Of a stretch of DNA of 64,000 nt, positions 14,001 through 47,305 are shown one piece after another. Every line of letters begins with the position of its first letter. The first letter of the stretch is position 1. A model generated the notes under the pieces. The model did no database searches. It had not been told where the DNA came from and saw nothing but the letters and a program-made list of their open reading frames with translations. Origin of the DNA: Lytechinus pictus. Taxonomy: Eukaryota. Position numbers and translations under genes: made by a program. The stretch is taken from NCBI RefSeq assembly GCF_037042905.1, contig NC_087252.1:4032001-4096000 (forward strand), in the 5' to 3' direction.

Positions 14001-16500
14001 GGTTACAATCGGAAGGTAAAATTAGTAACTTTTATGCAATGGGGCCCAGATGTTACTTGGACCTTTGGGTTCCAGGAGGCAACAGCATATCCAGGGAGGT
14101 ATCATTTCCTTATTTTAGGGGCCTTAACTTGAATTTAAGACAAACAAAGAGTTGAAATTAAACTGATTGTAGTTTGTTTTACTTTGTTCACCATAAGCAT
14201 TTGCACAACTTATTTAATAAATGACCAATTTCCCGTTACAGGGCCCATCTCATATAAGGCACTGCAAAAAAAGTTGTCTTTGGCCGTGGGAATGCACTTC
14301 ACATAGACTTAATTCTCATTGTTGCTTTATGCATAAAGATGCAATCTTGCTAATTATTAATGAAAAATGACTGGCGGTATCATCACAGAGCCTTCTTGCT
14401 TTTAAAGTTGAAGTAATGCTATTCATGAAGAAAAGATGTATGCTTCTCCATTGTTGTCATCGACAATTACTGTAACATGAATATTGGAATGGCTCCAACA
14501 AGAGAAGTCAATTGATGTGTTATCCTGATCCAAACATCATTTCAGGCTTTCAGTACAATTTTCTTGGAATGATCCGAAGCAGAATGAAAATAGAAATAAA
14601 GATTCCCAGATGAATGCACACAAACTGATTCCGCTTTAAACAAAATATTAGGTCATATCTGTATCTCCTATATGACTAGATGAACTGTTATTGAACCTAA
14701 TTTTGATCTGGCAAAGTGTGAAAAAGTAAGCAAACCAAATGGAAATGTGACTTATCTGAGCATTAGATTATAAGACAGCCCAAGTGAATATTAGGTGAAG
14801 TGATGGTTGGACAAAATGGCGATTGGACCAAATTGGTAGTAGACCAAGTGGGTTTAGCCATCTTGATGGTCTTGATGGACGATCTGAGAAATAGACTTTC
14901 GCTAATAGAAAGTCAGGAAACCAATTGACATTTCAGTTATTCATGTTTTTCCCCCTTTTATGAACCTGAATGATTCAGGTATGAGGCATTGGGGGGGGGG
15001 GGGTGTGATTCATTCAATACTTGTCTTTGGAGAGGATGTTGAAATCAATTGCTGGACAGACCAACGTTACATGGAATTACATGCAGGCCTATATCCCTCA
15101 TATGAATCTTCGAGTTGTCATCTAAGAATTGTAAATGCCAAGACAACGTTACAAAATCATGCCAGCAGGTTTCTTGCGACGTTCTTCTAAACGTGAACAA
15201 TTCTCGATGCGAACACAACGCACCTGTGTGTGTCACAACGCCACCTTGTGTTAATCTCGTTGCCTAATTGTTCCGGATATGCAAAGAAACATGACATGTG
15301 TAATGACCTATCTCTCGCTCCTGTCTGTGACTCAAATAATTTCCTGGATGAGAGGTTGGGATGATGTGCCATCTTTTCCATATGGTTTCAAGCAAGGTTT
15401 GACACTTCTGGTTAAAGGCACAATCTGGTCCTTGCAGTCAGCAGTATCTTGTATAACAATGGTGAATCGTCATCATTGTCATCGTTGTTATCTCTGTCTT
15501 TGTTTTAAGGGGAAGTTCGCATTGATGTAAAGTTGTTTTCAATAGAAACAGTTTACACAGGGCCATTGCTTCGATGTTCCAACTGGCATTTACCATTGTT
15601 ATTATTAACAATTCTACACTCTACAAGCTATAGCATCTACTGTCTCCCAGACTTTACTAGTTTGGCAGTAGTTTGCACATGTAGACATTTATAGGCACAA
15701 CCAAGTTAAATGGTTAGCTCTGGTTTATAACATTTTTATAGTGAATTAAAAATGGAAAAAGGAATGCACAAGTGGAAAGATAAATCCCAATTACAAAAAT
15801 TGCTGAAGAAGAAAAATAAGCAAAAGAAAGACTGAAATGTAGTAAACATATGACTTTAATGGAAGCTGTAGCTATACGTAGTATGCTTACCCAACCATTA
15901 AAATTACAAATTGACATAACATATTTCTTCTTGAAAAAATGTGTTCTCTCTCTCTTTACCCATGTTTTGGTTATCTTAAGATTGATTCATGATTAAAAAC
16001 CCAGATCTGTGGTGTAAGATTTCCTCAGGTTTGCCTTTCAAGGTGCAGAGAATTTTCAGTATTAATTATGAGGAAACCTAAGGAACGATTCTTTTCATAG
16101 TTGTTTGTCCTATTTCAACTATTCAAATGAGGAATGCATGGTGGCATGAAGAGCTGAACTAGTTTGCTTTGAAAGGCACTAATATGGCTCCAAATTTGAA
16201 AGTCAATTTGCAGTACCTGTTTTTTACCAAGCCCCCCCTCAAATCTTTGTTCAGTGCCCAATCTATTTTTCATCCTGCATTTCTGCTCTCCTTGTGGTTT
16301 TATCCCTATTCTTTCACATTCTTTTGACCTCCCTATATTTCTCACTCTTCCAGCTTATTTTCACGTTGGTCAGTATATTGATTAAAGCAAATATTATTTT
16401 TGATGATACATGTTTCCTATTTGAGTGACTTGATATTACCTATAAAGAGTTAATACCTGGCGGATGTATCATAAAGCTGTTTGCAAGTTGAGTGACTTTA

Positions 16501-17308
16501 GGGTGCGTTTATCCGCCACTTTTTTACCCTATAATCATGATTCGAATCATGATTCAAATCATGATTCTGCAGAATCACGATTGCGTTTAGTCGAAATTGA
16601 ATATAATCATGATTAGAATCACAAACATGAAACACGAAAAAAGGGGCGTTTGGAAAGACGTTTCTGCAGAATCACGTACGAAAATGTTCGAATAAACGAT
16701 ATCGTGATTTGAATCATGATTATATTACCTCACTGTGTCGGGCTACGGCTTTCGGTTTGACTCTTGCCAAGCTCAAGGCTCTCTATGTGCTCATTGTATG
16801 TACATGATTACTCTGCATGCATTTCTTGTCATGTTCAAATTCTGTGTTGGTCTTCGCATCGTCCACTACTTTTCATTTTTTGGTCATGTCTTCAACTTCA
16901 AGTTCTAGTAAATGAATTAACTGGACAGACAATGATCTCAGTTGTTGTTGAGTATAGAGTGTCAATATTAAATTGGATCTACGCTGAAATTCACTTCCGA
17001 ACACCATTTTGGATTAACTAACAAGATGAATAGAAGCATATGGACCCTATATGATAGAAGTAAACTTAGGTTGAATTCTGGAAGCAAAATATTTTTCGAG
17101 AGCCGAAACACGTGCGAAAAACTTCCTCTGTCAAACTGCGCACTAGTGATGCGCACTGGATTGGCCCGAATCTGAGGAGAAACAGCTTTGGAATGAAGGT
17201 CGTCTAAACGCTGATTCTGTGATATCGTGATTCATGTTTGTGTTTTGAATCATGATTCAAATCATGATTCAAATCATGATTCTGGCTTGAGGTCGCATAA
17301 ACGCAGCC
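16501..17308. mobile_element. PIF/Harbinger-type MITE with TTA target duplication, nested in an older palindromic MITE
   Basis: TTA|GGGTGCGTTTAT ... ATAAACGCAGCC|TTA; subterminal arrays of AATCATGATT at both ends. Confidence 0.88.
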
Positions 17309-18409
17309 TTAGAATGACTGGTGAACCTTTCTTATGTGCTAAATAATCACCAATGAACATTTAATGATGAATATCATTTACCACAAGAAAGGCTCACCAG
17401 TTGTTCTAGGGCCCCCAGATGTTGTTTTTATTAAGTGATCAATAATATCAGAATCACAAACAAAATAGCCTGCTCATGATAATTTTGGGAGAATGTGTTC
17501 CTAGTAATCAGTTAGCTTATTTCATGACTTTTGTAACCTGAATTAAGATTGCAATATGTGGAATAACGTACAAAACACGGTGCTGGACTTAGTGTGAGGG
17601 GGGGGGGGGGTTGTATATTCGTATGAATGAACAATGAACGAAAAAAATCCATACGAGAATGTTAGGAAGACAGTTACACCTTCTTAGTTTCGCATGTAAT
17701 GCCTCTTCAAAAAAGATGTTAAGTCTTCAAACAAAATTTAAACCCTAATCTCTAGGAATCATTATATGATTCAGCTGATACCCATGAATACCCACAGAGG
17801 CTATGGAATAATATAGGGAAAGAGAAGATGCAAGCAACAATGGAGGTATTAGAGAGGACTTACATAAGAACTATACAGCTTCTTCACCCAAAACTAGCGG
17901 AAGTATCCCTTGACTAGCAAGTGATAATTGAATTAAGACCTAGAATGGATTGTGTATTCAGATACTGTGGAAAATAAGAAGAGGGTTTAAAGGGCTTAGT
18001 AGCTGCGAATTTTATTCTAACAAAAGACAGATTATCGTTTTTTGAAAAAGGGGTATATATATATATATTTTTAGATAGAAAAGAGAAGCACATCTTGTTG
18101 ATCTTTAGTGGTAGATACTGTTGATTCATGTGGTTGCTTCTGAATTATTTGCAAGTATTTATGCAAGTTGTTTACATAGAAATAATGTAACCCAAATGCT
18201 GAAGCATCATTATATTTGTCCTGTTAACTCTTATCTTAAATGTGTTGATGAACAACATATTTGTCAGAATTGATCAATTGGCCATTACAAATACTTTTGT
18301 AGTTGTGAATTTACAGACACATTCTCCAGAAGAATTTGTTCTTCCATTATGAGTACAGGATACCTTTTGGTGTATTATCTTATGTATGTTTATGTAGTGT
18401 GTTGGTTTT

Positions 18410-18620
18410 AAACGTGCATAGATTGTGACTCTCCTATGGCTATATATATGCGACCAACATTCGCATTCTTTCCAATCGACGGAGTGTTTTTCCAACTGCA
18501 TCCACACTTGCACTGAATACAGTGGTGTTAGACTTGTTTCGGCTGGAACCCACTCATGTTGAGATCGTCCAATCTTGTCTGAAACAGACACTCTATTACC
18601 GATTGAGCTACGCTGCCACC
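18410..18620 (-). mobile_element. Degenerate tRNA-derived SINE
   Basis: Minus strand begins GGTGGCAGCGTAGCTCAATCGGTAATAGAG (A-box-like); B-box decayed; no cloverleaf. 3' end approximate. Confidence 0.45.
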
Positions 18621-19027
18621 ATTTCTAACTAGTATAAAATTAGTTCAGTTCCATTGATATTATCATAAATTTGTACATTATGTATGTTATATTACGCTCG
18701 TTCGTGTTCTATTTAAACTAAATGATGTATTCTTGACACGTTAGGTGTAGGCTTTCACAATTCACTGACTGGTGTTTCTCTTAACACTTAAGTTTTTACA
18801 GAGTGCATCTTCAGATGCGTAAAGTTGAGGAAGAATAGACAATGACATGGTTGATTAACCTTTGGTCATAACAAATGATAATGCAACTTCAACCCTGTCA
18901 ATCAAAATATCATCTTCAGAAAGTTGTCAGTCGTGATTTGTGGTAATTTTTCTTCGTCACTGAATTCTAAGAAGAAAATCCGATACTGTCTCCCATTCCA
19001 AGCTGTAATTATGACCAGGTTAGTCTG

Positions 19028-19487
19028 CAGGGCCGGCACTAGGATATGTAAAATGGGCCAGGACAAAAGTAAATGTGCTGGGGGTGGGGGGTCAAGAAAA
19101 AGATAGTGGAATTTTGTCATGTTTTGAAGGGCGAAAGATTGTATTTTAGAGCACTCACAGCTTGAATATAATGCTTTTGACAGAATATTAATGGGGGCCT
19201 ACTATTTACAAGTTGCTCATTTTTTTCCTTCATTTTTCAAAATATCCGGGGGGGGGGGAGGGGCAATGATAGTGGAATTTTGTCATGTTTTGAAGGGTGA
19301 AAGATTGTATTTTAGAGCACTCACAGCTTGAATATAATGATTTTGACAGCATATTAATGGGGGCCTACTATTTACAAGTTGCTCATTTTTTTCCTTCATT
19401 TTTCAAAATTTCCGGGGGGGGGGGGGAGGGGCAATGATCCTAACTCAGGGGGAATTCCCCCCATGCCCCTTCTTGGTGCTGCCACTG
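19028..19487. mobile_element. hAT-like MITE with an internal 166-bp tandem duplication (19102-19267 / 19268-19438)
   Basis: TIRs CAGGGCCGGCACTAGG / CAGTGGCAGCACCAAG; flanks ttagtctg versus ttaatctt (degenerate 8-bp TSD); duplicated units nearly identical. Confidence 0.7.
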
Positions 19488-19577
19488 TTAATCTTTGAAT
19501 ATCTTGAGAATGCCTTCAGTGAGACTGAGCAACTATTTCATTCTTCCTTTCTCTATATCAGCTAGTTTTGTTTCTAA

Positions 19578-20037
19578 AGGCGGTTTCAAACCGCCTCAAT
19601 CACAAGAATCCCTGTTAAATTACGAGAACATTTTAGGCTAAAAAATACCCATTAATTATTCCTGCATTCACACCGCCCCGAAACATACCCTGAAGTTAGG
19701 AGCATGCGCAGTATGGTCTAATAAACAGGCAAGGCGCGAGATTCAAAACCACTAGCCCAGCAGCCACCCTCGGCGCCCGCGCCCAACGACACGCTGGGCT
19801 AAAAGTTCCCGTAAATTGCTTTCACATTGCCAAAATACCTGCGACCTTGGAAAAATCCCCGCGAAAGTTCTCGTAATTTCGCCAAGTACCTACTATTTAG
19901 CGGGTATTTTCTTTCGGGGAAATTACGCGTAGTTTGCTTTCACATTACCAAAATACCTGGTATTTTCTGATCGGGGTAACTTTCCCGATCAAAGAATACC
20001 TGGAACTGACAAACTTCGAGGCGGTCTGAAACCACCT
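19578..20037. mobile_element. Harbinger-like MITE
   Basis: AGGCGGTTTCAAACCGCCTC versus revcomp end AGGTGGTTTCAGACCGCCTC; internal repeat ttgctttcacatt(g/a)ccaaaatacctg twice. Confidence 0.8.
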
Positions 20038-23000
20038 AGTGATGGATGGTTACTAACCTCATTATTAGTGGCTACAAATCTCAATACCTTCATCATTGAA
20101 AGTTCTTCCAATTCAAATCAAGATTGTTTGCCAATGAAAATGAAATTGATTTTGAAACCCATTGATGCTGCTTTTCAATTGACCTTGATCCTAGTTGAAA
20201 CACCCTCCAAAAGCCAAGACAGTGTAATTATTTCATGACTGAGCCTTCTGCAACCCTTCATAACTAGTTCATCTGAGAAATATGAAAGACGAAGAATATG
20301 AGATACGGGTGAACTAATGTCAAATTCCGTTGGATGACGGTTGGTGATCAAAGTTTTGATTCAAGATGACTGTCATAAGATGAGCAATCTTTTTCTATCA
20401 GGCAAGATGTACTTGGGGATTCCTAGGTTCAGCTACTCAGCAAATACATAGCATTTTTATAACATTCCAAATCAATGTTTTTGAGCCATCTTTAATGTTT
20501 TAAGAATGTTCAAACACATCTTAACATTTCAAAAAGCCTATTATAAAAAGGTCTAGTCTTTTGACAATTTTAAAAATGTCTCTGAAAGTGAAAAGATTAA
20601 TTTTCCATATCATAAAAAAAAGTTTTTGAAATGTTTTTTTAACATTCTAAAAACGATTTTTTTACTACAAGGTCTACATTTTTGCTTCCTCTTCATACAA
20701 GATTTGATTTGCCTAGTTAGGCTGGATTCCTTAATGATGCGTGTTCTAAAAAACAATGATTTACAGATTGAAGATTCTACATCATAGATAATGAATGAAG
20801 GTAATTTGAAAATCATACATTCAATTTGGAAAATACATAGATACTACCATATGCAATCATGCAAATAAGTAGATATCCAAATATGCGAACGTGCAAATAT
20901 TTAAATATTCAAATATATGCAAATATGCACAGTTATGCCCATATTCTCATAGCAGCAGCCCTGTTCTACAAGATGCACTCTGTTTCGTGAAACATCTTCT
21001 CCTTCTATTAGATGGGTAGGAAGATGGATGTCATCGGATGTGAATGGCGCTATCGAGGGCAAGGTATTTATAGGACAAGACAAGGGGGCTCAAGACTATT
21101 TAGGTTGGAGGCTGCAAAGTTGCATATACTGGCGACGAGGCTCCCACGTCAGGTGATGAGGAGGACAGCGTGAACTGCCATGATTAAAGGTCGGCTGCCG
21201 GCCAGCAGTATCACTTGTGCCTCCTGTTCATACAGAAGATTAATTTGCCTTTTATAATAGGGATGAAGAATATTGATTTGCAATCATTTCTAAATAGGCC
21301 TATAGTTTTCAATTGATTGCAAATATCATTTGTAAATTGTGTGCTTTAAAAGTAGTCAAGTGAATTTTGCCAACAGTTTCATACTCCTTTTGAGTCTCCC
21401 AGTGCAGTATCATTTACCTTGATGTTAGGCATAAAGCATAGAAGTCTTATTTGCCTTTCAGCATCTTCATTGAACTTTTCCTCATCAGTTTATATCAATA
21501 ATTTTTCTTTGCGTGCCTGGGTTCAGATGTGTTATGGGAATTCTATGTATGGGCCAAAATGGTTAAACTTGATTTCCAAGCCTTCTCGAGATTTGATTTG
21601 ATTTGATTTGAATAGTGACATCATAGATTGCATTATCATTTATGCTATGAGTTTACCCTACATTACACAACCCATTTACCCTTGCCTTTTCAAAAGGAAA
21701 GACGAGCATGGCAATCTGTATTTATCTTGCACAGTAATGACTTTTTAAGCAATTTCATGAAGTGTATAATTATGACCTAAGATATATCATAATATAGAAA
21801 AATATATTGAATCTTTAATTTTGCCTTTTGAAATTGTTACTGGGAAAGGTTTTTGGGTATTTCACTTAGATACTTCCCCGGTTACGTTGCAAATATGCCT
21901 GCCTTAATGTTACAGATCACCTTTAAGTCTTGCCATGCTTGCTTAATGAGCCAGTATCCGAAACAGAATATTCTGAGCGCCTAGCGAACCTGACATCACG
22001 TCATATCTCTGTCCCCCGACATATCATCTGCAGTCGAACTTGATCTGGATGACGTTGCACCCGCCTCTCTTCGGCTCTCTCAAGAGTTCTAGATTGTCTC
22101 TGACAGATGTCTCTGTTGTAACATTTGCGGTGATCCCTAGGGATTGGTTGCCTAAGCCGCTTGTTTACTCACTGGTAAGGGAATAGAGCGTGCTGGTTAG
22201 CCAAATGTTTGCTTGCGAGCGGGAAGTAGTTCACAGGCTGAAACCCCTTTTAGTCTAACTAGGTCCTAGTTATCTATGTGTGTCTGAACTCTGAAGTCTT
22301 GTTTGCTTGCAAGCAGTTATGAAAGTTTTCTGGCAAAACCCTTGTTTGGTTTAACATATATAACCAGGGCAAAGTTATGTATGAGTGTCTAAAGATGTTA
22401 AATGTTTGCTTGCAAGTGAGAAGAGAATACATGTAGGTGTTCATTTGTAAAAGCTTCTTTTGTCAAACTAGGTCCAAGTTATTTCTTGGTCTAATAATTT
22501 GCTTTGGACCATTTTCTCCTATAGGGCCTACCATGAAAGGTTCAGACTTGACTCTCCATTTGTACACTCCAGTATTTGTGATGGGATATTTACATGTAGG
22601 CCCTCTATTTTTTTTCAACCATGAAATGTTAAACTTTAGATGGGTAAATGATACTTTTTTCTTGAGATTGTAAAGAAGAAATTTATGTCAGGGGTGGGGT
22701 ACTTTCCACTTAAACAATAATCCATTTCAATGAGGAACTAAAAAGAAATTGTCAGGAAAATGAAAGTTTTTCCCTTGAGATAATAATGCATTCGGATTTA
22801 TGATGAGGTAGCCTGACAGTTTGTGGGAAGACGTCAAATTTTGAAGATGACATTTTGGGTTAAGAGCTTTCCGATCGTTGAGGAAAATGAAATCATTGTT
22901 AGTGACTGGACAGGATGTGTTCTCGGATGCAAGAAGAAGGTCTTGACAAGGACGAGATGGAGTGAACTTGACGTTCCAAGGAGGGAAAATATGTTTGGAA

Positions 23001-23507
23001 GTTCAACAATTGTGTGTCATGTGACAGGTTTGTGACATCTATCACTACCAGCTGGTTGACAGTGTTAAGGGGATGGGTTCTATAAATCTATGTGCAGACT
23101 GCCAAACTTTATTTAGGGTTGTTGTTGTTAGTTTGGTTCCATCCAAGTTACATTAGAAATATGTAATATGTCATGTAACAACATATAAGCACCTCAGATG
23201 AAAATGCTCCGCTTTTGTTTCAGGAATGTTTTCAGTGTAAAATTGAAAGATATCCTTAATAACAGAATTGCTTCGTGAAAATTCTTATTCTTTTTGAATT
23301 TTTAAGTGCAAGATAAATTTCTGATTACAATATTTGTTTTTATTCAATCTTTAATGATGGATTTTCAACAGTGTTAAAGAAGCATTGAACAATGGCGATT
23401 TGAGTAGTTATGTGTTCACTACATGTACATGTATATTAGTTAAAAATGCAGGGCCCCTTTGTAAATCAGTTTGTTAACTGTAAGGGCTACCCTGTTGAAA
23501 GAAAACG

Positions 23508-23568
23508 TGAATGAATAAATAAATGAATGAATGAATGAATGAATGATTGAATGAATGAATGAATGAAT
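23508..23568. repeat. (GAAT)n microsatellite
   Basis: Directly visible. Confidence 0.9.
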
Positions 23569-26500
23569 AGATAAAAATAGTAAAGAAAGATGCTTTATTC
23601 TGTGGTAAATACCTATAACGAAAACGTAAGGTAAATTTGATTCAGATTCAGAGAGCAGAGAGAATAAAATGGCCCATATGTGTACTACTGTCAAAGTTCC
23701 CCATCACATGTGTCGCCTTCTAATCCAACGCTGATGTAGGTCCTATTTTGTCTCTTGTGAAAACTAATCATTACTTTCATATTATCCATGCCAGTTCCCT
23801 CCCTTTCTCTCCCCTCGTCCTCCCTCTCTCCACTTGTTCCTTAGCCTTCTCTCTTCCACTCCTTCCATATCTCCCCTCCTACAAAATTTGACTCATACCA
23901 TATTAAGAAGAAAAAAAATAACAGGAAAAAAAAAGAAGAGTTTCACCCCGAGTTCTTCAAGTTCAAATCCTAAGTGGGAATTAATGGACGCTGACATAGA
24001 GCATGTGCGTTGACCCCATGACCTCTACCCATCAAGGCGCCAAGGGCCTTAATCCTTGGGCTCAGCATAACGATTCTTGAATACCAGCCTGATTTCTGAT
24101 AGATTTTTTTTAATACTAGTGAGCTACTCAGCATTTTCCTTTTGTATCTGAAGGATCTGTGTTTCAAGAAAAGTGTAGTTGATTTGGGCCACATTTAGTG
24201 GGAATCTTACTCAGTGTCCTTTTCTTTGTAATTTCTCAGCTCTCAGCATTTCATTTTGTAATATAAGACTGTGTTTAAAGGTACAGTGTGCTTCAAGAAA
24301 AGTGGAGTCACTTTATGGCCACAATGTTCACCAGTAGTCCTCTTCAGGCCTCAGCATCTTTTTCTTTCTAAATCTCAAACTGCAACATAGATGTAGCAAT
24401 GGGATTTGCCTTGCTTTTTACTCAGCTTTCTACGTAATATTCATTTTCCTTTATCCAGGTTTGTTCTAGGTGCTTTGTTCTTCCATGGGGACCTTATGAA
24501 AAGTTTTTTTCTATTAATTTGTGAACCAAACCAAACTACTTGGAAAATGGAATGCAGTATGTATTCACTACTTGTTGGTATGTTGGGCAAACCTTTAAGA
24601 TGTGTCTTGCAGGCTTAATATGTTGAAAATCTTACGCCTGTAGTCCTACATGTATCCCCTATTGCCCAGCTGAATGAAGAAGCCTTTAAACTGTGCCTTA
24701 CTGGAGTAAACTTCAGGCTAGAGAAGAGTGTCTGAAAGCAGAGAATAGCACTGCAGCTAGGTTGAATCTAATGTAACACTGGACTTGACTGCATGCGGCA
24801 AGGTCATGACTGGGGTCGAGGGGAGAAAAGGCGAAAACCCCCAAGGTAATGATGTCTTCCCAGCCACCATACATTGGTTGCCCTCATCTGACTCCGTTGG
24901 TGGAGGAGGAGGAGATGGAGGGTGGGGTGTGGTGGTGAGTGAAAGAGGAGGTGAAGAATGATGAGGTCGAACATTAGTTGTGGATTTGAGGGTTATGAAA
25001 GTTGCCCTTTATTCATAGTGCAGAGTTATGCCTGCGTTTCTTTCTCTCTCTCCCTCTTTCTCTTTCCACTCTCTATCTCTCTTTTTCTCTCTATCACTCT
25101 CTTCTTTTCTCTTCCATCTCACCTTCCCTTCCTCCATTTTTCTATTGCTCTTTGATGCTGACCCACATCTTTCCTCACAGTGCTCACATACATGCCTGCT
25201 CTCTTCCTCTTAGTCAAAAATAGAAAAAGACGAGAAACAACAGAAGGGCAAGTGTGCCTCTTCCATAACAAAATATCTGAGCGGATCTAAATATACACAC
25301 ATTTGAAATTGGTAGACAAATAGAAAAGCAGTGGAAATCGAAATTGTAGTCCTCCAGTTACAAGTCGTTGGGTTTGGGAAGAAAAGGAGGTGAAGGAGGA
25401 TAAAGAGGAGGAGGAGGAGGGGACGGAGCGATGCTTTTGTGATTGGTTGCTAAGGTGGGATTGGATGACAAGTATTAGCTTGGAGCGAGAAAGATGGAGA
25501 AAGGAAAAGAGGCAAGATGGAGAAAGAAAGAAAAACTTGTGACCTTTTAGCATTCAGGATCACGGAGGTGGTTAGGTTTGTTTTTCTATTGCTGTTGGAG
25601 AATTGGCCCTGATTTGGGAGAGAATGTGCCGGCGAGATCTGTGGGGAATTCGCCGTCGCCGATCCGCTGTCGGGGCGCGCTATTGTGTCACAGATTCCGG
25701 GCCTAGGATGAAAATGATGTGTACTGTATGTGTGCAGTACATGTATGAATTTCATCATGGTGCTGAGAAATAAGCAACATGCATGGTGATAGTTGTCCCC
25801 TAATGTAGTTAACCTGTATTTTCATCAAAAATATGAATGGATAGAAGTATGTAGAATCATACAGAATCAGGTGTTCTACAATTTTACTCTTCTTATTTCC
25901 TTACACATCTAGGCCTACTCTTATGAGATCATCAGATGACTTAGCATGATGTTTAGAGTGATTTAGGGCCTGTATGTAGTAGGCCTACAGCTATATGTGT
26001 CATGATATTTTCTCTTAATATTATGGCATTGGTCTACTTCAATACAGGAAGCTATACTGGGATTTGTATGATTATATAGTTGATATAAGGGATGATGATG
26101 ATGATGATGTAATCAATTTGTAGAAAATTAATTTAGGTCATGGAGTAATTCTAATGTTTAGACATAGACACACATGTAGGCCTATACATTTACTTCATGA
26201 TTCTATGTCAACCTTCAAATGAGTTTTGAAGGCCAACAACCTCATGAAATTCATCATATTCACATCTTACATGTAGTCAGACATGTCTGTGGTTTCAGTC
26301 CCGCCAAGTCCGGTCATTCCCCCTCAGCACTCCAGATATTGATTTGAGGTTCATGTAACAGATATTACATGACAGTATCAATCGCTATCTATTCTACTCC
26401 CAAATGATAATCAATAGTGCCAGGTTAAAACAACAAACGAAATGTAGCCAAATATTGCTCAGAGCAGTATGTGTGTTCATTTTAGAGAAGTTTCATCTTC

Positions 26501-26856
26501 GCCTGCTGCATGAATATTCCAACCTGCCCCAAGGCAAATATTTATTATATTCTGTATCTCAGGGTTACATTGGAACAACAGCAAATTCTTGAGCTACTGT
26601 ATGCACTTGGGAAACTTTTGGGGAAATTAATGGAATTGCATAAACTATCACTGTTCATTCCAATGAATTCATGTAGTTGAAAGCTGCAAGTTAGATTACA
26701 GTTGGTAATTCTTTTATTTTTATACTTATTATTGTTATATACAAGTTAAAAATGTGTGGTGAACAAGATTATGAGTGAAATTGGTTTAATCACTTGCAGA
26801 ACCTCATCAAATTTGCATTTTGTGGAATCAAAATCTATATGTTAACATCAATAGAC

Positions 26857-26897
26857 TTTGGCATGCCACAGGGATCTGTTTTTGGTCCTGAATTGTT
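26857..26897 (+). mobile_element. Tiny fossil of a LINE (CR1/L2-type) reverse transcriptase
   Basis: Translates FGMPQGSVFGPELL, matching the non-LTR RT motif GVPQGSVLGPLLF; no other RT motifs nearby. Confidence 0.5.
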
Positions 26898-27141
26898 ATA
26901 TATGATGTTATATCATGTTATATTATATTATATTTTATTATATTATTTTATATCATATTATATTTTTGAAGCTTTATGAAAGATTTTAACAATTGCAACT
27001 AATAATTGATATTGGCCTAGACAGAATTCCAGAGAATGACATTGCTATTGAATGCAAATATTTTCCTTTTTTATCTCTTCAGGTCTGTCTAGTGAGATGT
27101 CCATAGTTGTATAGCCTATCTCTATCCAGTGATCCAGTGCA

Positions 27142-47305
<20,164 letters not shown>

